64,000 nucleotides of DNA from a virus, in the IMG/VR virus record IMGVR_UViG_3300048854_000232, positions 128,618-192,617 of that record. The stretch is one strand, 5' to 3'. Positions 9,244 through 19,025 of this stretch are shown here, in pieces; position 1 is the stretch's first letter; every line of letters begins with the position of its first letter. A program made the translations under genes and the position numbers. Below the pieces are notes generated by a model. The model was not told the DNA's origin, made no database searches, and was given only the letters and a program-made list of their open reading frames with translations.

Positions 9244-10785
9244 ATGTCGATGTCAGACATAAGCCCAGCCATGCGTGTGGACCTCTTCTCACATGGGATG
9301 CGGGTCACTCAGTTCTCTGAACCGGGTAAACGCGCACTGCTCGCTTTCTGCCGCGACCTCGCTCAGTTCGGCTACGTCCGAGTCGCACGAGGCAAGTTCG
9401 AATACCGGATGGTGAAGATCTTCGGGGGTCGCACGTCCGATCACCTGGAGTACTACTTACACCGCAACCAAGAACACGACTTCCGTATCCATCTGTCCAG
9501 CTACGGATTCACCGATAACAACGTGCTGTGGGTCGAACACCCCATGTACGAGCCGGTCAAGTGCGAGTTTCCGATCAAGGACACCCGTACGCCCCGTGAA
9601 GAGCAGATCCCGTACATTCAGTATCTGATCGACCCGGGTAAGATCAAGGTCATCACCATTCAGACCGGACGTGGCAAGACCTTCCTCTCCCTCAAAGCTA
9701 TCGCGGCGATCGGCCAGCGGACCATGATGGTCATCAAGGGGATGTATGTCGATAAGTGGATCTCGGATGTCCGTGAGATGTTCGATATCGCCATCGACGA
9801 CCTCATGGTGGTTCGCGGGTCCGCCCACCTCATGAAGCTGATCGAGCTGGCCCAAAAGGGCGAGCTGACAGCCAAGTACATCATCTGCACCAACAAGACC
9901 ATCTACAACTACATCCAGTCCTACGAGAAATTCAAGGATGAAGACGTAGGCTACGGCGTGCATCCCCTGGCGCTGTACGAAACCCTGGGCGTGGGTGTCC
10001 GGTTGATCGATGAGGTCCATCAGGACTTTCACCTGAACTTCCGTCAAGACATCTACACCCATGTGCCCAAGACCATCTCGCTCTCGGCGACGCTGGACTC
10101 GGACGACAAGAAGCTGAACCAGATGTACGAGGTCATGTTCCCCAGTGGAATCCGCCCGCCGGCTCTGGCGCACAAGAAGTATATTGCGATGCGCGGCTTG
10201 GTCTACGCCTTCAGGCAGCCCAAGCTGATCCGTTACAAGAATGCCATGAAGCAGTACAGCCATGTGATCTTCGAGCAGTCGGTCATGAAGAACCAGCATG
10301 TGCTGAACTCCTACTTGCAGATGGTCTTGCAGATCGTCCGCCACAGCTACATCCGGGTGCGGCAGCCAGGGCAGCGTTGCCTGGTCTACTTTGCCACGGT
10401 AGAGATGTGCGGCATGTTCCAACGCCTGGTCAAGATGTTCCATCCCGAACTGGTGGTCAATCGTTACACGTCCGACGACGAGTATGAAGCCCTGCTCACC
10501 GCCGACATCGCCTGCACGACCCTCCAGTCCGCCGGTACGGCCGTCGACATCCCAGGCCTACGCATCGTCGTCATGACCACCGCGTTGTCCTCTAAGCAGG
10601 CTAACGAGCAGGCCCTGGGCCGCTTGCGCGAGTTGAAGGACTGGCCGGATACCACCCCGGAGTTCTTCTTCCTGATCTGCCGGGACATCGAAAAGCACGG
10701 GCAGTACGCCCAAGCCAAGAGCGAGAAGCTGGGCGATAAGGTGCTCAGCTACAACGTTCATCAGACCCAGTTCCACATCGGGTAA
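9244..10785 (+). CDS. Superfamily 2 (DExH) helicase, phiKZ gp75-like
   Basis: Walker A IQTGRGKT, IDEVH, motif III SAT, motif V GTAVDIPGL, motif VI QALGRLR. Confidence 0.92.
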   Translation: MSMSDISPAMRVDLFSHGMRVTQFSEPGKRALLAFCRDLAQFGYVRVARGKFEYRMVKIFGGRTSDHLEYYLHRNQEHDFRIHLSSYGFTDNNVLWVEHPMYEPVKCEFPIKDTRTPREEQIPYIQYLIDPGKIKVITIQTGRGKTFLSLKAIAAIGQRTMMVIKGMYVDKWISDVREMFDIAIDDLMVVRGSAHLMKLIELAQKGELTAKYIICTNKTIYNYIQSYEKFKDEDVGYGVHPLALYETLGVGVRLIDEVHQDFHLNFRQDIYTHVPKTISLSATLDSDDKKLNQMYEVMFPSGIRPPALAHKKYIAMRGLVYAFRQPKLIRYKNAMKQYSHVIFEQSVMKNQHVLNSYLQMVLQIVRHSYIRVRQPGQRCLVYFATVEMCGMFQRLVKMFHPELVVNRYTSDDEYEALLTADIACTTLQSAGTAVDIPGLRIVVMTTALSSKQANEQALGRLRELKDWPDTTPEFFFLICRDIEKHGQYAQAKSEKLGDKVLSYNVHQTQFHIG

Positions 10786-10791
10786 GGTAAA

Positions 10792-10817
10792 TCCCGGGGC
10801 TTCGACGGGCCCCGGGA
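10792..10817 (+). terminator. Hairpin after helicase
   Basis: TCCCGGGGC...GCCCCGGGA inverted repeat. Confidence 0.5.
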
Positions 10818-10845
10818 GGAATCCCGTGCTTAGCTGGCTAATTAC

Positions 10846-11460
10846 ATGGAAGAGGTTTCCCAGGGGATAACGGCCATGCTCAATCGCGAAAGTTTCACCA
10901 ACGACACGTTCAACAACATCATGCTGCAGCCGGAACCGCTGTGGGAGACTTTTGCCAACGAGCACCCGGCGATTGCGGGGACGGTGGACGGTCTGCTGCG
11001 GTTGCCCTACATCCGTTACCACCTGCGCGACCAGCTGTACGTTCCCGAGAAAGACTGGGTCGTGGTTACCCAGCGCACCCTGCTGCTTCTGTACGTGGGC
11101 CTGGGCGCCGAACTGGTCAACAAGCTTTCCCTGCTTTCGGAGACCGCGCGCTTTGACGTCATCTGCGGGGCCATGTGCATGGCCAACGATACCGACGTCG
11201 TCGAGGAGATCGCCAAGTCCGAGGCGGAGATGGCCAAGCTGATTGCCGAGGGCCAAACCCCCGACAAGATCGACATGCAGGTCGCCGTCCTGAGCGCGGT
11301 CTGCGAATGGCTGGCCCACGAGTGTTTCCCGACCGACCCGGTCACGGGTATGACGGCGATCCTCAACACCGTGGCGCTGCCGTACGATGTTTCCACGGCC
11401 GTGATGGATAACTTCGTCGACAACCTCGAAGATGAGTTCTCCCCGGAAATGGATAGTTAA
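10846..11460 (+). CDS. Hypothetical acidic protein
   Basis: 204-aa ORF with typical codon usage, bounded by hairpins. Confidence 0.7.
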   Translation: MEEVSQGITAMLNRESFTNDTFNNIMLQPEPLWETFANEHPAIAGTVDGLLRLPYIRYHLRDQLYVPEKDWVVVTQRTLLLLYVGLGAELVNKLSLLSETARFDVICGAMCMANDTDVVEEIAKSEAEMAKLIAEGQTPDKIDMQVAVLSAVCEWLAHECFPTDPVTGMTAILNTVALPYDVSTAVMDNFVDNLEDEFSPEMDS

Positions 11461-11512
11461 GGCATAGGACGCCTCCTCCGCCCTCCCAAGGGGCGGAGGG
11501 GGTTTTATGCCC
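11461..11512. terminator. GGCATA-hairpin-TATGCC element
   Basis: GGCATA..CCTCCGCCC..GGGCGGAGG..TTTTATGCC. Confidence 0.75.
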
Positions 11513-11530
11513 CTAGGGCCTTAGGCAACC

Positions 11531-11550
11531 GGATTTCAAACCTATAACAC
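11531..11550 (+). promoter_or_regulatory. Putative phage early promoter
   Basis: GGATTTCAAACCTATAACAC. Near-identical motifs at 41989, 42985, 61312 and 62733. Confidence 0.65.
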
Positions 11551-11587
11551 TTGCCTGAGCCATCAACCAACAACACACGTCCAAGGA

Positions 11588-12196
11588 ATGTACATGAGCA
11601 TTGTGAAGCTTTCTCCCGCCGAAGTGCTGACCTACGTCAGTGGATTTGTTACCGACGCCCCTGGATCCAACAGTGGCGCGATTTACGAGCTGACCCCCAT
11701 GGGTCACAACGAGTACTTCGTCCACATCTATACCCGCGACGGCGGTCTGGCCCCCACCACGGTTGACCCCGTCCAGTACAACCAGATCCAGCGTTACGCG
11801 GCGGCCGATGAAAGTGGTACGTTGCGGCGCTTTGGGTTGCCCTCCTTCGAGCGTCTTTTCCGTATCACCTACCGCTCGCACACCCAGGACTTCGTCATCA
11901 CCAGCCTTGAGTTTGAGGCACGTCACCGGTATGACATCGGGGGCCCGATCCTGGCTCTCCTGCGCTGCGTCAGCGAGGAAGAAGGCGCGGCACTGCTGAA
12001 GGCTGCGCTTGGCTGCAAGGTGGTCGCCGACAAAGCCTACCAGCCGGCGGAGATCCTGGACGTGCTCCACCGCATGCACCTGGCCCGTCATCCCGAGGCG
12101 CTGTCCAACAGTTTCGCCTTCATCGACCTCGATGACACCGAAGCGGTGATGACTTCGGTGGGGCAGTTCCCTTTCGATAAGAGCCAGGAGGCTTAA
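11588..12196 (+). CDS. Hypothetical protein
   Basis: 202 aa, AAGGA SD (start may be the second Met at 11594), downstream of the promoter motif. Confidence 0.7.
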   Translation: MYMSIVKLSPAEVLTYVSGFVTDAPGSNSGAIYELTPMGHNEYFVHIYTRDGGLAPTTVDPVQYNQIQRYAAADESGTLRRFGLPSFERLFRITYRSHTQDFVITSLEFEARHRYDIGGPILALLRCVSEEEGAALLKAALGCKVVADKAYQPAEILDVLHRMHLARHPEALSNSFAFIDLDDTEAVMTSVGQFPFDKSQEA

Positions 12197-12197
12197 G

Positions 12198-12776
12198 ATG
12201 ACCGAGACCAATCGCACCCTGCCCAAGCACATCGCCTACGACGTGCTCCAGGCGAAGTCCCGTGCCAGCCACCTGGGCGAGATCATCCGCATCGAGCCGG
12301 TCAACGGCGAGGTCGAGACCTACCTGGTCAAGATCTACGAGGAGCGCTCCTCGGTGCCGCGCTGGCACGGTCCCAAGGCCAACGTACCGGGCGAGAGCTA
12401 CCTGCGCTCGCTGCACGGGCTGTCCTCCACCTCCAACGAGCGGGAGATCGACGAGGGCTTCGAACGGCTAGGTTCCTCCATCGGCATCAAGCCGGAGCAG
12501 CCGACCTTCGTGGCCATGATCTCCTATATCCCGACCACGGGCTATGGCATGCCCGACGGGGTCCGCAAGGTTATCACCGAGCTGGAAAGCCATCGGGCCT
12601 GGCGCCTGTCGGATCTGCTGAAGCTCGTCCCGGCCAACGTGGCGGTGGGCGATATCGTCCCGCTGATCCCGATGTCGGAGACGTTCAGCTTCCGCGAGGC
12701 GCTGATCTTCCTGCACACGGCCAAGATCACCCGTCCTCGTCATCCGGGCGGCACTCACGTCGATCCGAAGGCATAA
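12198..12776 (+). CDS. Hypothetical protein
   Basis: 192 aa, strong AGGAGG SD. Confidence 0.75.
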   Translation: MTETNRTLPKHIAYDVLQAKSRASHLGEIIRIEPVNGEVETYLVKIYEERSSVPRWHGPKANVPGESYLRSLHGLSSTSNEREIDEGFERLGSSIGIKPEQPTFVAMISYIPTTGYGMPDGVRKVITELESHRAWRLSDLLKLVPANVAVGDIVPLIPMSETFSFREALIFLHTAKITRPRHPGGTHVDPKA

Positions 12777-12787
12777 GCGGCACACGC

Positions 12788-12839
12788 GCCCCTCCTACCC
12801 CTCTGACGGGTAGGAGGGGCTTTTCTCACTTTCTTTTTT
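12788..12839. terminator. Terminator between convergent genes
   Basis: GCCCCTCCTACCC-loop-GGGTAGGAGGGGC followed by a T-rich tract, with GGCATA upstream. Confidence 0.8.
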
Positions 12840-12840
12840 G

Positions 12841-15651
12841 TTAGTCGGGTATGGTCAGGTCAATCTGATTGCAGTAGGTCTTGAGGAAGGCTTCGACCTG
12901 CGCTGTGGTGAACAGCGATTCGTTCGCAGAGACCTCTTCATCGAACGCGTCCGCCGCCGCATCACCGCGTTCCGTGCGGATGAGGTCCGAGACTTCTGCG
13001 ATCATCAGCTGGGCTTGCTCCCCTTCCGCAATCTGGAGATTGGCCTTCTCACTCTTCACCCACTCGTGCAGGGTGGGGATATCGGCGTCACTGCCAGCGG
13101 CCATGATGATGAAGGTCTCTGCCAGATCCGCCAGCTGCTCGCCTTCCAACTGCTTAACGATGGCTTCCACCGCCTGTTGGCGTTGAAGATTCGCGTAGTC
13201 AGCGATTTCCTGCTCCACCGCTTCCGTAGCTGCCTTGATTCCTTCGGGCGAGGTGTCCTCACCGGCAAACATCGCTTCGAAGATCTTGGTGGCCACCCAC
13301 GCCTTGAGTGCGCGGGAGCCAACGGAAGGATCGGCTGCCAGAGCCCGGAAGGCCTCCAGCAAATCTTCTCGGCCCTCATCGCGTAGTTCTTTCTCCAAGG
13401 CCAAGATGGTGTTGTGCCGCTCGTGCTCGACCTTGAGGCGGCGATAGCCCCATTCGTGAACCTCTTGAGCGACCCAGCGACGGATATCGTCTTCCGATAC
13501 GTCCTTTTGCACGTAGGCTTCGAACTCCGCATCCCGATCGTAACAGCCGGAATCCCACAGGTGTTGCCGCTCCAAGGAGATCGTGGTCAGCCGTTGCTTC
13601 TGAAGCTCCGCCAGAGCGCTCTGGCGGTCCTCGGGATCTTCCTTGCGACTAACCCCGGGGTCAGCCATGACTTCCTGCCAGCGGGCTTGCTGCTCGGCCG
13701 CAGCCTGACGCTGCTCCTCGGTCTGTTCCGACAACGGAAAGCTTGTATAACCGCCATCACTGATCTCTTTGGCGAACTCAATGAGTCCGGCCATGGGATC
13801 TTCGACCTTGATCCCGTCCTCGAACTCCTCCTCCGGTTCCGGAGGCGTGCCCGCCAGTTCCGCGGCATCGCCGTGGTTGACTTGATTGGCCAGGGTGACC
13901 AGGTCCTTCAGCCCTTCGGACATTGAGAGCGTCGCAGTAGCGGACAGCGAGGTACCGGGCTGCTTCTCCAGGAAGAGCTGCAGCATCTCATCGAGCGTGG
14001 GCGCCTTGTAAATCGCGCAGCAGATCTCCACCGCGTTGACGTAGCCGCCGGAGAGGTTGATGCCCACCGCACGCTGGACCGTTTCCTCCACCCCCTCGAT
14101 CTTGCACAGCTCCTTAGCCGTGGTCTTCTTGGAGATGTTGGCGATAATCTCAACGTTGGGGTAGGTACCTTCCACGTCCAAGTCGGCCACGTGTGCCCGC
14201 ATCAAGGTTCGGACGTTGGGCAGTTCTTCCAACGCACAGATGCCCTCGTCGGTGACCAGGTAGGACGGCAGGGTGACGATCCAGTCGTTGATCGAGACCA
14301 CGTGCTGGTCCAGATCGTCCATCATCTTGTCCGAAGTCGTCGCCGCCACCAAAGGCGGGTTCTGTTCCAGACAGAAGAAGTGCAGGTCATCGCAGGTCCG
14401 ACGCGGCTGCGACGGGAAGCGATGGTACTCGGAGTGACCGCACAGGACCGAGATCATCTGGCCCAGATCGGTGGTCTTCTCATCGAGCTCTTCGGTGGAG
14501 ATGCAGTCGAACACGTTATAGACGCAGTACTCCAGCTTGTAGTTCTGCTGCATGAACGTGTGCCACTTACCGCCCACGTATTGGCTGGCTGCGTCGAACT
14601 TCAGCTTGCGAATGCCCAAGACCTTCTGCAGGATGTAGTCCAGCGAGTAGCTGGCTTCCTTACCGGCAGCGATACGGATCTTCAGGTAGACGCACATGGC
14701 ATCGAGAATGTAGAAGCTGGCCGGGCACTCGGCAACGTGCCAACGCTCGGCCGGATGCAACGGCAGCACCTTCCCGGACTGAGTGACCTTCTGCGCCGCA
14801 CCTTCGATGTAGCGGAAGTACTTGTACACCTGGGGGCAGGACGGATCGGAGAACACCTCGGCCAGGTTATAGCCTTCGTCTTCCAACACCTTGACCAGCT
14901 TGGGAATATCGAAGTTCATATTCCAAATGGTGAGGATGTCCGGCTTCCACTCGTGCGCGGTTTGGATGAGCTTGTAGGCCGCTTCACCCGGTGTCTTGGC
15001 TGTGACCACTTCAAGCTTGATGCCGCGCTTGGTCTGGTACTCGCCCAGGTACTCGGTGAACTTGGCCTGGAGCTTGTTGATCGGATCATCGATCCCGGCG
15101 AAGTAGGATTCCAAGACCACGATGCGTGCCTTGTCCTTCATCGTCACCGAACCCATGATCATCTTGCCATGGTCCGGGTGGTTGGTCGGCAGGACCATGT
15201 CCGTTTCGATATCGAGCACCGCCACGAGGTTGGTGCCACGGGCATGCAGGTCCGGCCACTTCTTCATGTACTCGTGCTTGATCAGCACCGGGGTAGTCAC
15301 GTCGAAGCCGTAGACGTAGGGGCTCCGGGCCACCATGCGCAGATTGCCAGACAGACCTGGGCGCTCCAAAGCGCGGCCAACGGCCTGCACGAGCTTGATC
15401 TGGGTGCTCGAGGATTTACGGGTACGGGATTCCAGTTCCCATTCTTTTTTGTCCTTATGAACGCGAAGCTCCTTCTTGGTCACCCAAAAAGGACGCTGGT
15501 AATTCTGCACGAAGCGCAGACGCGGCACCTTGGTACCGTCGTCGAAGTGTTCGTATTCCTTCACGACCAGACAGTCGTTCGGGCTGTTGTCGGTCGCGGT
15601 AAAGTACAGAGCGTGCTTGCACTCATGACCGATCTTGGTGGCCGTGGTCAT
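12841..15651 (-). CDS. Split family-B DNA polymerase, 3'-5' exonuclease/motif-A half (phiKZ gp82-like), with a long acidic C-terminal extension
   Basis: ExoI VLDIETD, ExoII WNMNFDIPKL, ExoIII YNVFD, PolB motif-A-like DLDVEGTYPN..NIS. No motif C (YGDTDS) present. Confidence 0.82.
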   Translation of the reverse strand: MTTATKIGHECKHALYFTATDNSPNDCLVVKEYEHFDDGTKVPRLRFVQNYQRPFWVTKKELRVHKDKKEWELESRTRKSSSTQIKLVQAVGRALERPGLSGNLRMVARSPYVYGFDVTTPVLIKHEYMKKWPDLHARGTNLVAVLDIETDMVLPTNHPDHGKMIMGSVTMKDKARIVVLESYFAGIDDPINKLQAKFTEYLGEYQTKRGIKLEVVTAKTPGEAAYKLIQTAHEWKPDILTIWNMNFDIPKLVKVLEDEGYNLAEVFSDPSCPQVYKYFRYIEGAAQKVTQSGKVLPLHPAERWHVAECPASFYILDAMCVYLKIRIAAGKEASYSLDYILQKVLGIRKLKFDAASQYVGGKWHTFMQQNYKLEYCVYNVFDCISTEELDEKTTDLGQMISVLCGHSEYHRFPSQPRRTCDDLHFFCLEQNPPLVAATTSDKMMDDLDQHVVSINDWIVTLPSYLVTDEGICALEELPNVRTLMRAHVADLDVEGTYPNVEIIANISKKTTAKELCKIEGVEETVQRAVGINLSGGYVNAVEICCAIYKAPTLDEMLQLFLEKQPGTSLSATATLSMSEGLKDLVTLANQVNHGDAAELAGTPPEPEEEFEDGIKVEDPMAGLIEFAKEISDGGYTSFPLSEQTEEQRQAAAEQQARWQEVMADPGVSRKEDPEDRQSALAELQKQRLTTISLERQHLWDSGCYDRDAEFEAYVQKDVSEDDIRRWVAQEVHEWGYRRLKVEHERHNTILALEKELRDEGREDLLEAFRALAADPSVGSRALKAWVATKIFEAMFAGEDTSPEGIKAATEAVEQEIADYANLQRQQAVEAIVKQLEGEQLADLAETFIIMAAGSDADIPTLHEWVKSEKANLQIAEGEQAQLMIAEVSDLIRTERGDAAADAFDEEVSANESLFTTAQVEAFLKTYCNQIDLTIPD

Positions 15652-15759
15652 TGGAGATAACCTTATTCTGGGGTATGGCTCGGGCTGGGTATATCATCAA
15701 TATGAACCGTACTTTTTCACAACCCTTCCCTTAACTTTGCGCCTTTGGGGTACCAACCC

Positions 15760-17073
15760 ATGAATTACATTGCCGCGCACCTACGACCGTCCATGGAGGC
15801 GATTCGATATCAGGGCAATTCGGGGTTGTTTACCGAACTGACCCTGGCCATTCGCCAGCTCCAGGACAGTGGTGACTTCTCCGTCGAAGCCGTGGACCGG
15901 ATGAAGATCCCGGCCATCATCTACAAGTACACCCGGATCAGCACGACCTTTGCCGTCTCCACCGAGGCCGGCACAGACAACGCGTTCTGTATCTTCCCGG
16001 TGGTCAACGTCAATAGCCCGCTCCTGGCGGACTGGCGTGCCCAACACCCCCAGTGGCTGTCTGGACAGTTCGTGACGCTGGATAAGGTCATGAAGTACTC
16101 TGACACCCTGCGCGGTCAGATTGACCTCAGTACCGGTAAGGTGTCTGGCGTGTTCAGTAAGCTGATTGCCCATGTGGCGATCGGTCCGGGCCTACTCAAC
16201 AAAACATCGTTCCTGGCCCAGGAAACCGCGGCGCTGATCCTGCACGAGGTGGGCCACATGTTCACCTACCTGGAGAAGCTCGCCGGCACGGTGTCGATCA
16301 ATATGGCCATTGCCACGGCCTCTGCGGCGCTGGCTAACCAGAAGGATCCGAAGATCCGCCTGGAGCTGGTCTACGAAGCCCAGCAAGCCCTGCGTATCAA
16401 GCTGGATGACCCTCAGGCCATGGCCGATGTCAAGGAGCCGGAGATCTTCCAGGCCCTGCTGCTCAAATCCACAGTGGACACCTACACCCACTCGGCTGGC
16501 AACGCTGCCACCTACGACCTGCGCTCGTGTGAGTTCTTGTCCGACCAGTTCGCCGCCCGTCATGGCGCTGGTCGTTACCTGGCCATCGGCCTGGACAAGA
16601 TCATGCGCAAGTACCACAAGGACGCCTATCGGGGCAACGCGACCTTCGCCATGGTCGAGGCCACCAAGGCCGCGATGACCGTGTTGTCGCTGCTGTTGCC
16701 GATGACGGCCCTCGCCGGGGCCCTGAACCTCGCTGGCGTGCTGCTCATGCTCTTCGCTGGAGATCCGGAGGCACGGATCTACGATCAGCCCGGCGAGCGT
16801 CTGGGACGCATCAAGAACGATCTGGTGCAGGTGCTCAAAGATACCTCGCTGAAGCCCTCGCTTCGCAAAACCCTGGTGGACGACATCGAAGTGATCGACG
16901 CGCTGCGTGAGCAGTTCAAAGACCACCGCACGTTGTTCAACCACCTGTGGATCGCCCTGACTTCCAAACGTCGAGAGCAGTACTCCCAACTGCGTCTGCA
17001 GCAGCAGCTCGAAGGCCTCATCAACAACGACTTGTTCGTCCAAGCGTCCAAGCTTCAAACCCTCGCCAAGTGA
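15760..17073 (+). CDS. Virion structural protein with a zincin-like HExxH motif
   Basis: N-terminal PSME (S-x-E processing-type site), LILHEVGH, later CEFLSDQFA, and a hydrophobic segment. First gene of a head-protein operon. Confidence 0.65.
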   Translation: MNYIAAHLRPSMEAIRYQGNSGLFTELTLAIRQLQDSGDFSVEAVDRMKIPAIIYKYTRISTTFAVSTEAGTDNAFCIFPVVNVNSPLLADWRAQHPQWLSGQFVTLDKVMKYSDTLRGQIDLSTGKVSGVFSKLIAHVAIGPGLLNKTSFLAQETAALILHEVGHMFTYLEKLAGTVSINMAIATASAALANQKDPKIRLELVYEAQQALRIKLDDPQAMADVKEPEIFQALLLKSTVDTYTHSAGNAATYDLRSCEFLSDQFAARHGAGRYLAIGLDKIMRKYHKDAYRGNATFAMVEATKAAMTVLSLLLPMTALAGALNLAGVLLMLFAGDPEARIYDQPGERLGRIKNDLVQVLKDTSLKPSLRKTLVDDIEVIDALREQFKDHRTLFNHLWIALTSKRREQYSQLRLQQQLEGLINNDLFVQASKLQTLAK

Positions 17074-17089
17074 AGGAACCTGTAAGCCC

Positions 17090-17530
17090 ATGAAAATCGA
17101 TACCCAGTCCCTCCAGGCCGAGCTGACCAGCGCGGGCGTGCCCCTGGCCGAACGCGGCAGCTTCATGAGCATCGGCCTGGCCCGTGCCATCGCCTATCGC
17201 CTGCCGCTGCCTGCCGCGCCGGTCGCTGACCCGCGCGAGTTCTACGTCGAGTCCTGCCAGCCGACCGTCCAGCAGATGGCCGGTGCCGCCAACGAAACCT
17301 GCGTGGTCGACATCGACGCGATCACCGAGCTGACCTACCAGCTGTGGTTCTTCCGCTACCAGGTCTGCCATGTCGGTGGCCGTGACGAATCGGTCGCCCA
17401 GGTCATGGACGGCATGGTGCGCGGTAACGCCAACGTCGCCCCCGCCATCGCCGAAGCCGTGGTCAGCACCGAGAACATGAAGTTCAACGCCCTGGCCGCT
17501 CACGTCATCGGCAAAGCCATCAAGGAGTAA
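17090..17530 (+). CDS. Putative virion protein
   Basis: 146 aa, strong codon bias, inside the head operon. Confidence 0.65.
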   Translation: MKIDTQSLQAELTSAGVPLAERGSFMSIGLARAIAYRLPLPAAPVADPREFYVESCQPTVQQMAGAANETCVVDIDAITELTYQLWFFRYQVCHVGGRDESVAQVMDGMVRGNANVAPAIAEAVVSTENMKFNALAAHVIGKAIKE

Positions 17531-17533
17531 GCC

Positions 17534-18814
17534 ATGCACTTCCCCAGTTTGGAAGAGCTCGACTTCTCTGCCGAGTCCTTGGCGGTTAGCCAGGTGGGCG
17601 ATGCGCTGAAGGTTCTGGACGACCACTACGACGAGATTGCTCGCGTGGGTGGGATCTCCCGTCCCCAGGCGCAGTCCCTCGTGGCCGAGTGCGGTGCCCA
17701 GTTCGGTAACCGTTACCCGCTCGAGAGCTTCAGCCAGATCCCCAGCACGACGAACCTGTCGGTGGCCATGGAAGGGATCATCGAGGCCGGCGGTAAGCTC
17801 CTCATGGACCTGCTGCGTCGGGCTGCGGCCCTGCTCATGCAGATCATCCGCTGGTGCATCGACCTGGTCAAAGCCCAGACCGCCCGTGCCAAGCAGTTCA
17901 TGCGAGTCCACCACAACCTCGAAGTCGTGCACGGTCAGAACGAAGTGCTGCGGACCTCGGGCGTGATCAAGGGTCCGGACTCCCCGACCAGCTCGACCCC
18001 GAAGGAACTGCTCGAAGCCAGCGAACGCCTGGAGACCGCGACCAAGAACTACGAAGAGACGGCCAACCGCCTGACCTCGGACATTCTGGAACACGGCCCG
18101 ATGGGTCAGATGGTGCGCGAGCTTTCCGTTGCTGTCCTGGGTATCCTGCCCAAGGTCGAGGAGAAGCTGAAGCTGTTCGAGCACGTCCTGACCAGCCCCA
18201 GCCACACCGGTGCCGGCGAAGACCTCGCCCAGTACTCGCAGCTGAAGACCGTCGCTACTCCCATCGACACCGCGGGCCTGGCCCGTTCGGTCGGTCGTTA
18301 CTTCCACGATGACCACAACACCGGTTCGGTCGGCGGCATGCTGAACGCGGTCTACCGTGCGTTGGCTGACATGACCACCGAGGGCGGGGAAGACCGTCCG
18401 GGCATCGACCAGGTCGTCGCGATCGTCTCCGATCCGAAGGGTCAGTTCGCTGCCCCGTTCGTGGTCGTGCCCGATCAGGCGGCCCGTCAGCTGGAAGCGA
18501 TGGAACACCGTCTGCGTCGTCTGCAGTCGATCGAACCCTCCAACCAGGCTACGGACAAGATCCGTGCTGCGTTCCAGGAAGCGATCTCCTCAGTCACCGA
18601 CGACATCCAGGGCCTGCGTTCGTACTTCCTCGCGGTGCGTCTGTGCATCTCGGCCCAGGAACGTCTGCTCCATGACGCCCTCGCCTATGAGACGGCCCTG
18701 TTCGAACTGAACCGCATCCGTGCGTCGCTCAGCAAGAACAGCGAAGCCATCGAAGCGGTGAACAAGGCCATCGATGTGATCTCGTCGCGCGCTCGCCAGT
18801 CCGGCGGCGTGTAA
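17534..18814 (+). CDS. Putative internal head protein with an S/A-x-E-rich propeptide
   Basis: AAGGAG SD. PSLEE, FSAES and PLESF..TNLSVAMEG propeptide signature shared with the 33-40 kb paralogues. Confidence 0.7.
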   Translation: MHFPSLEELDFSAESLAVSQVGDALKVLDDHYDEIARVGGISRPQAQSLVAECGAQFGNRYPLESFSQIPSTTNLSVAMEGIIEAGGKLLMDLLRRAAALLMQIIRWCIDLVKAQTARAKQFMRVHHNLEVVHGQNEVLRTSGVIKGPDSPTSSTPKELLEASERLETATKNYEETANRLTSDILEHGPMGQMVRELSVAVLGILPKVEEKLKLFEHVLTSPSHTGAGEDLAQYSQLKTVATPIDTAGLARSVGRYFHDDHNTGSVGGMLNAVYRALADMTTEGGEDRPGIDQVVAIVSDPKGQFAAPFVVVPDQAARQLEAMEHRLRRLQSIEPSNQATDKIRAAFQEAISSVTDDIQGLRSYFLAVRLCISAQERLLHDALAYETALFELNRIRASLSKNSEAIEAVNKAIDVISSRARQSGGV

Positions 18815-18815
18815 C

Positions 18816-18861
18816 GGCATAAGCCCTCCTACCCCGCAAAGGGTAGGAGGGCGTTTTATGC
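18816..18861. terminator. GGCATA-hairpin-TATGC bidirectional element
   Basis: GGCATAA-GCCCTCCTACCC-CGCAAA-GGGTAGGAGGGC-GTTTTATGC. Same stem as at 12788. Confidence 0.8.
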
Positions 18862-19011
18862 GTCAGGGTCCGCAGGCCGCGGTGGCGGTACGGTGATCGA
18901 GCGAATCGCCGGAGGCTTCTCCGGTTTCCGACGCCACACCGGCCAAAGTAACAGGGCCAGTACAATCGCCACCAACAGCACGTAAGCAAGCACTACTTGG
19001 GCGATTAACAT
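18856..19011 (-). CDS. Small single-pass membrane protein (51 aa, not in the ORF track)
   Basis: MLIAQVVLAYVLLVAIVLALLLWPVWRRKPEKPPAIRSITVPPPRPADPDA. GAGGAG SD, one TM helix then a basic/Pro-rich tail. Confidence 0.6.
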   Translation of the reverse strand: MLIAQVVLAYVLLVAIVLALLLWPVWRRKPEKPPAIRSITVPPPRPADPDA

Positions 19012-19025
19012 ACGGGCTCCTCGGG

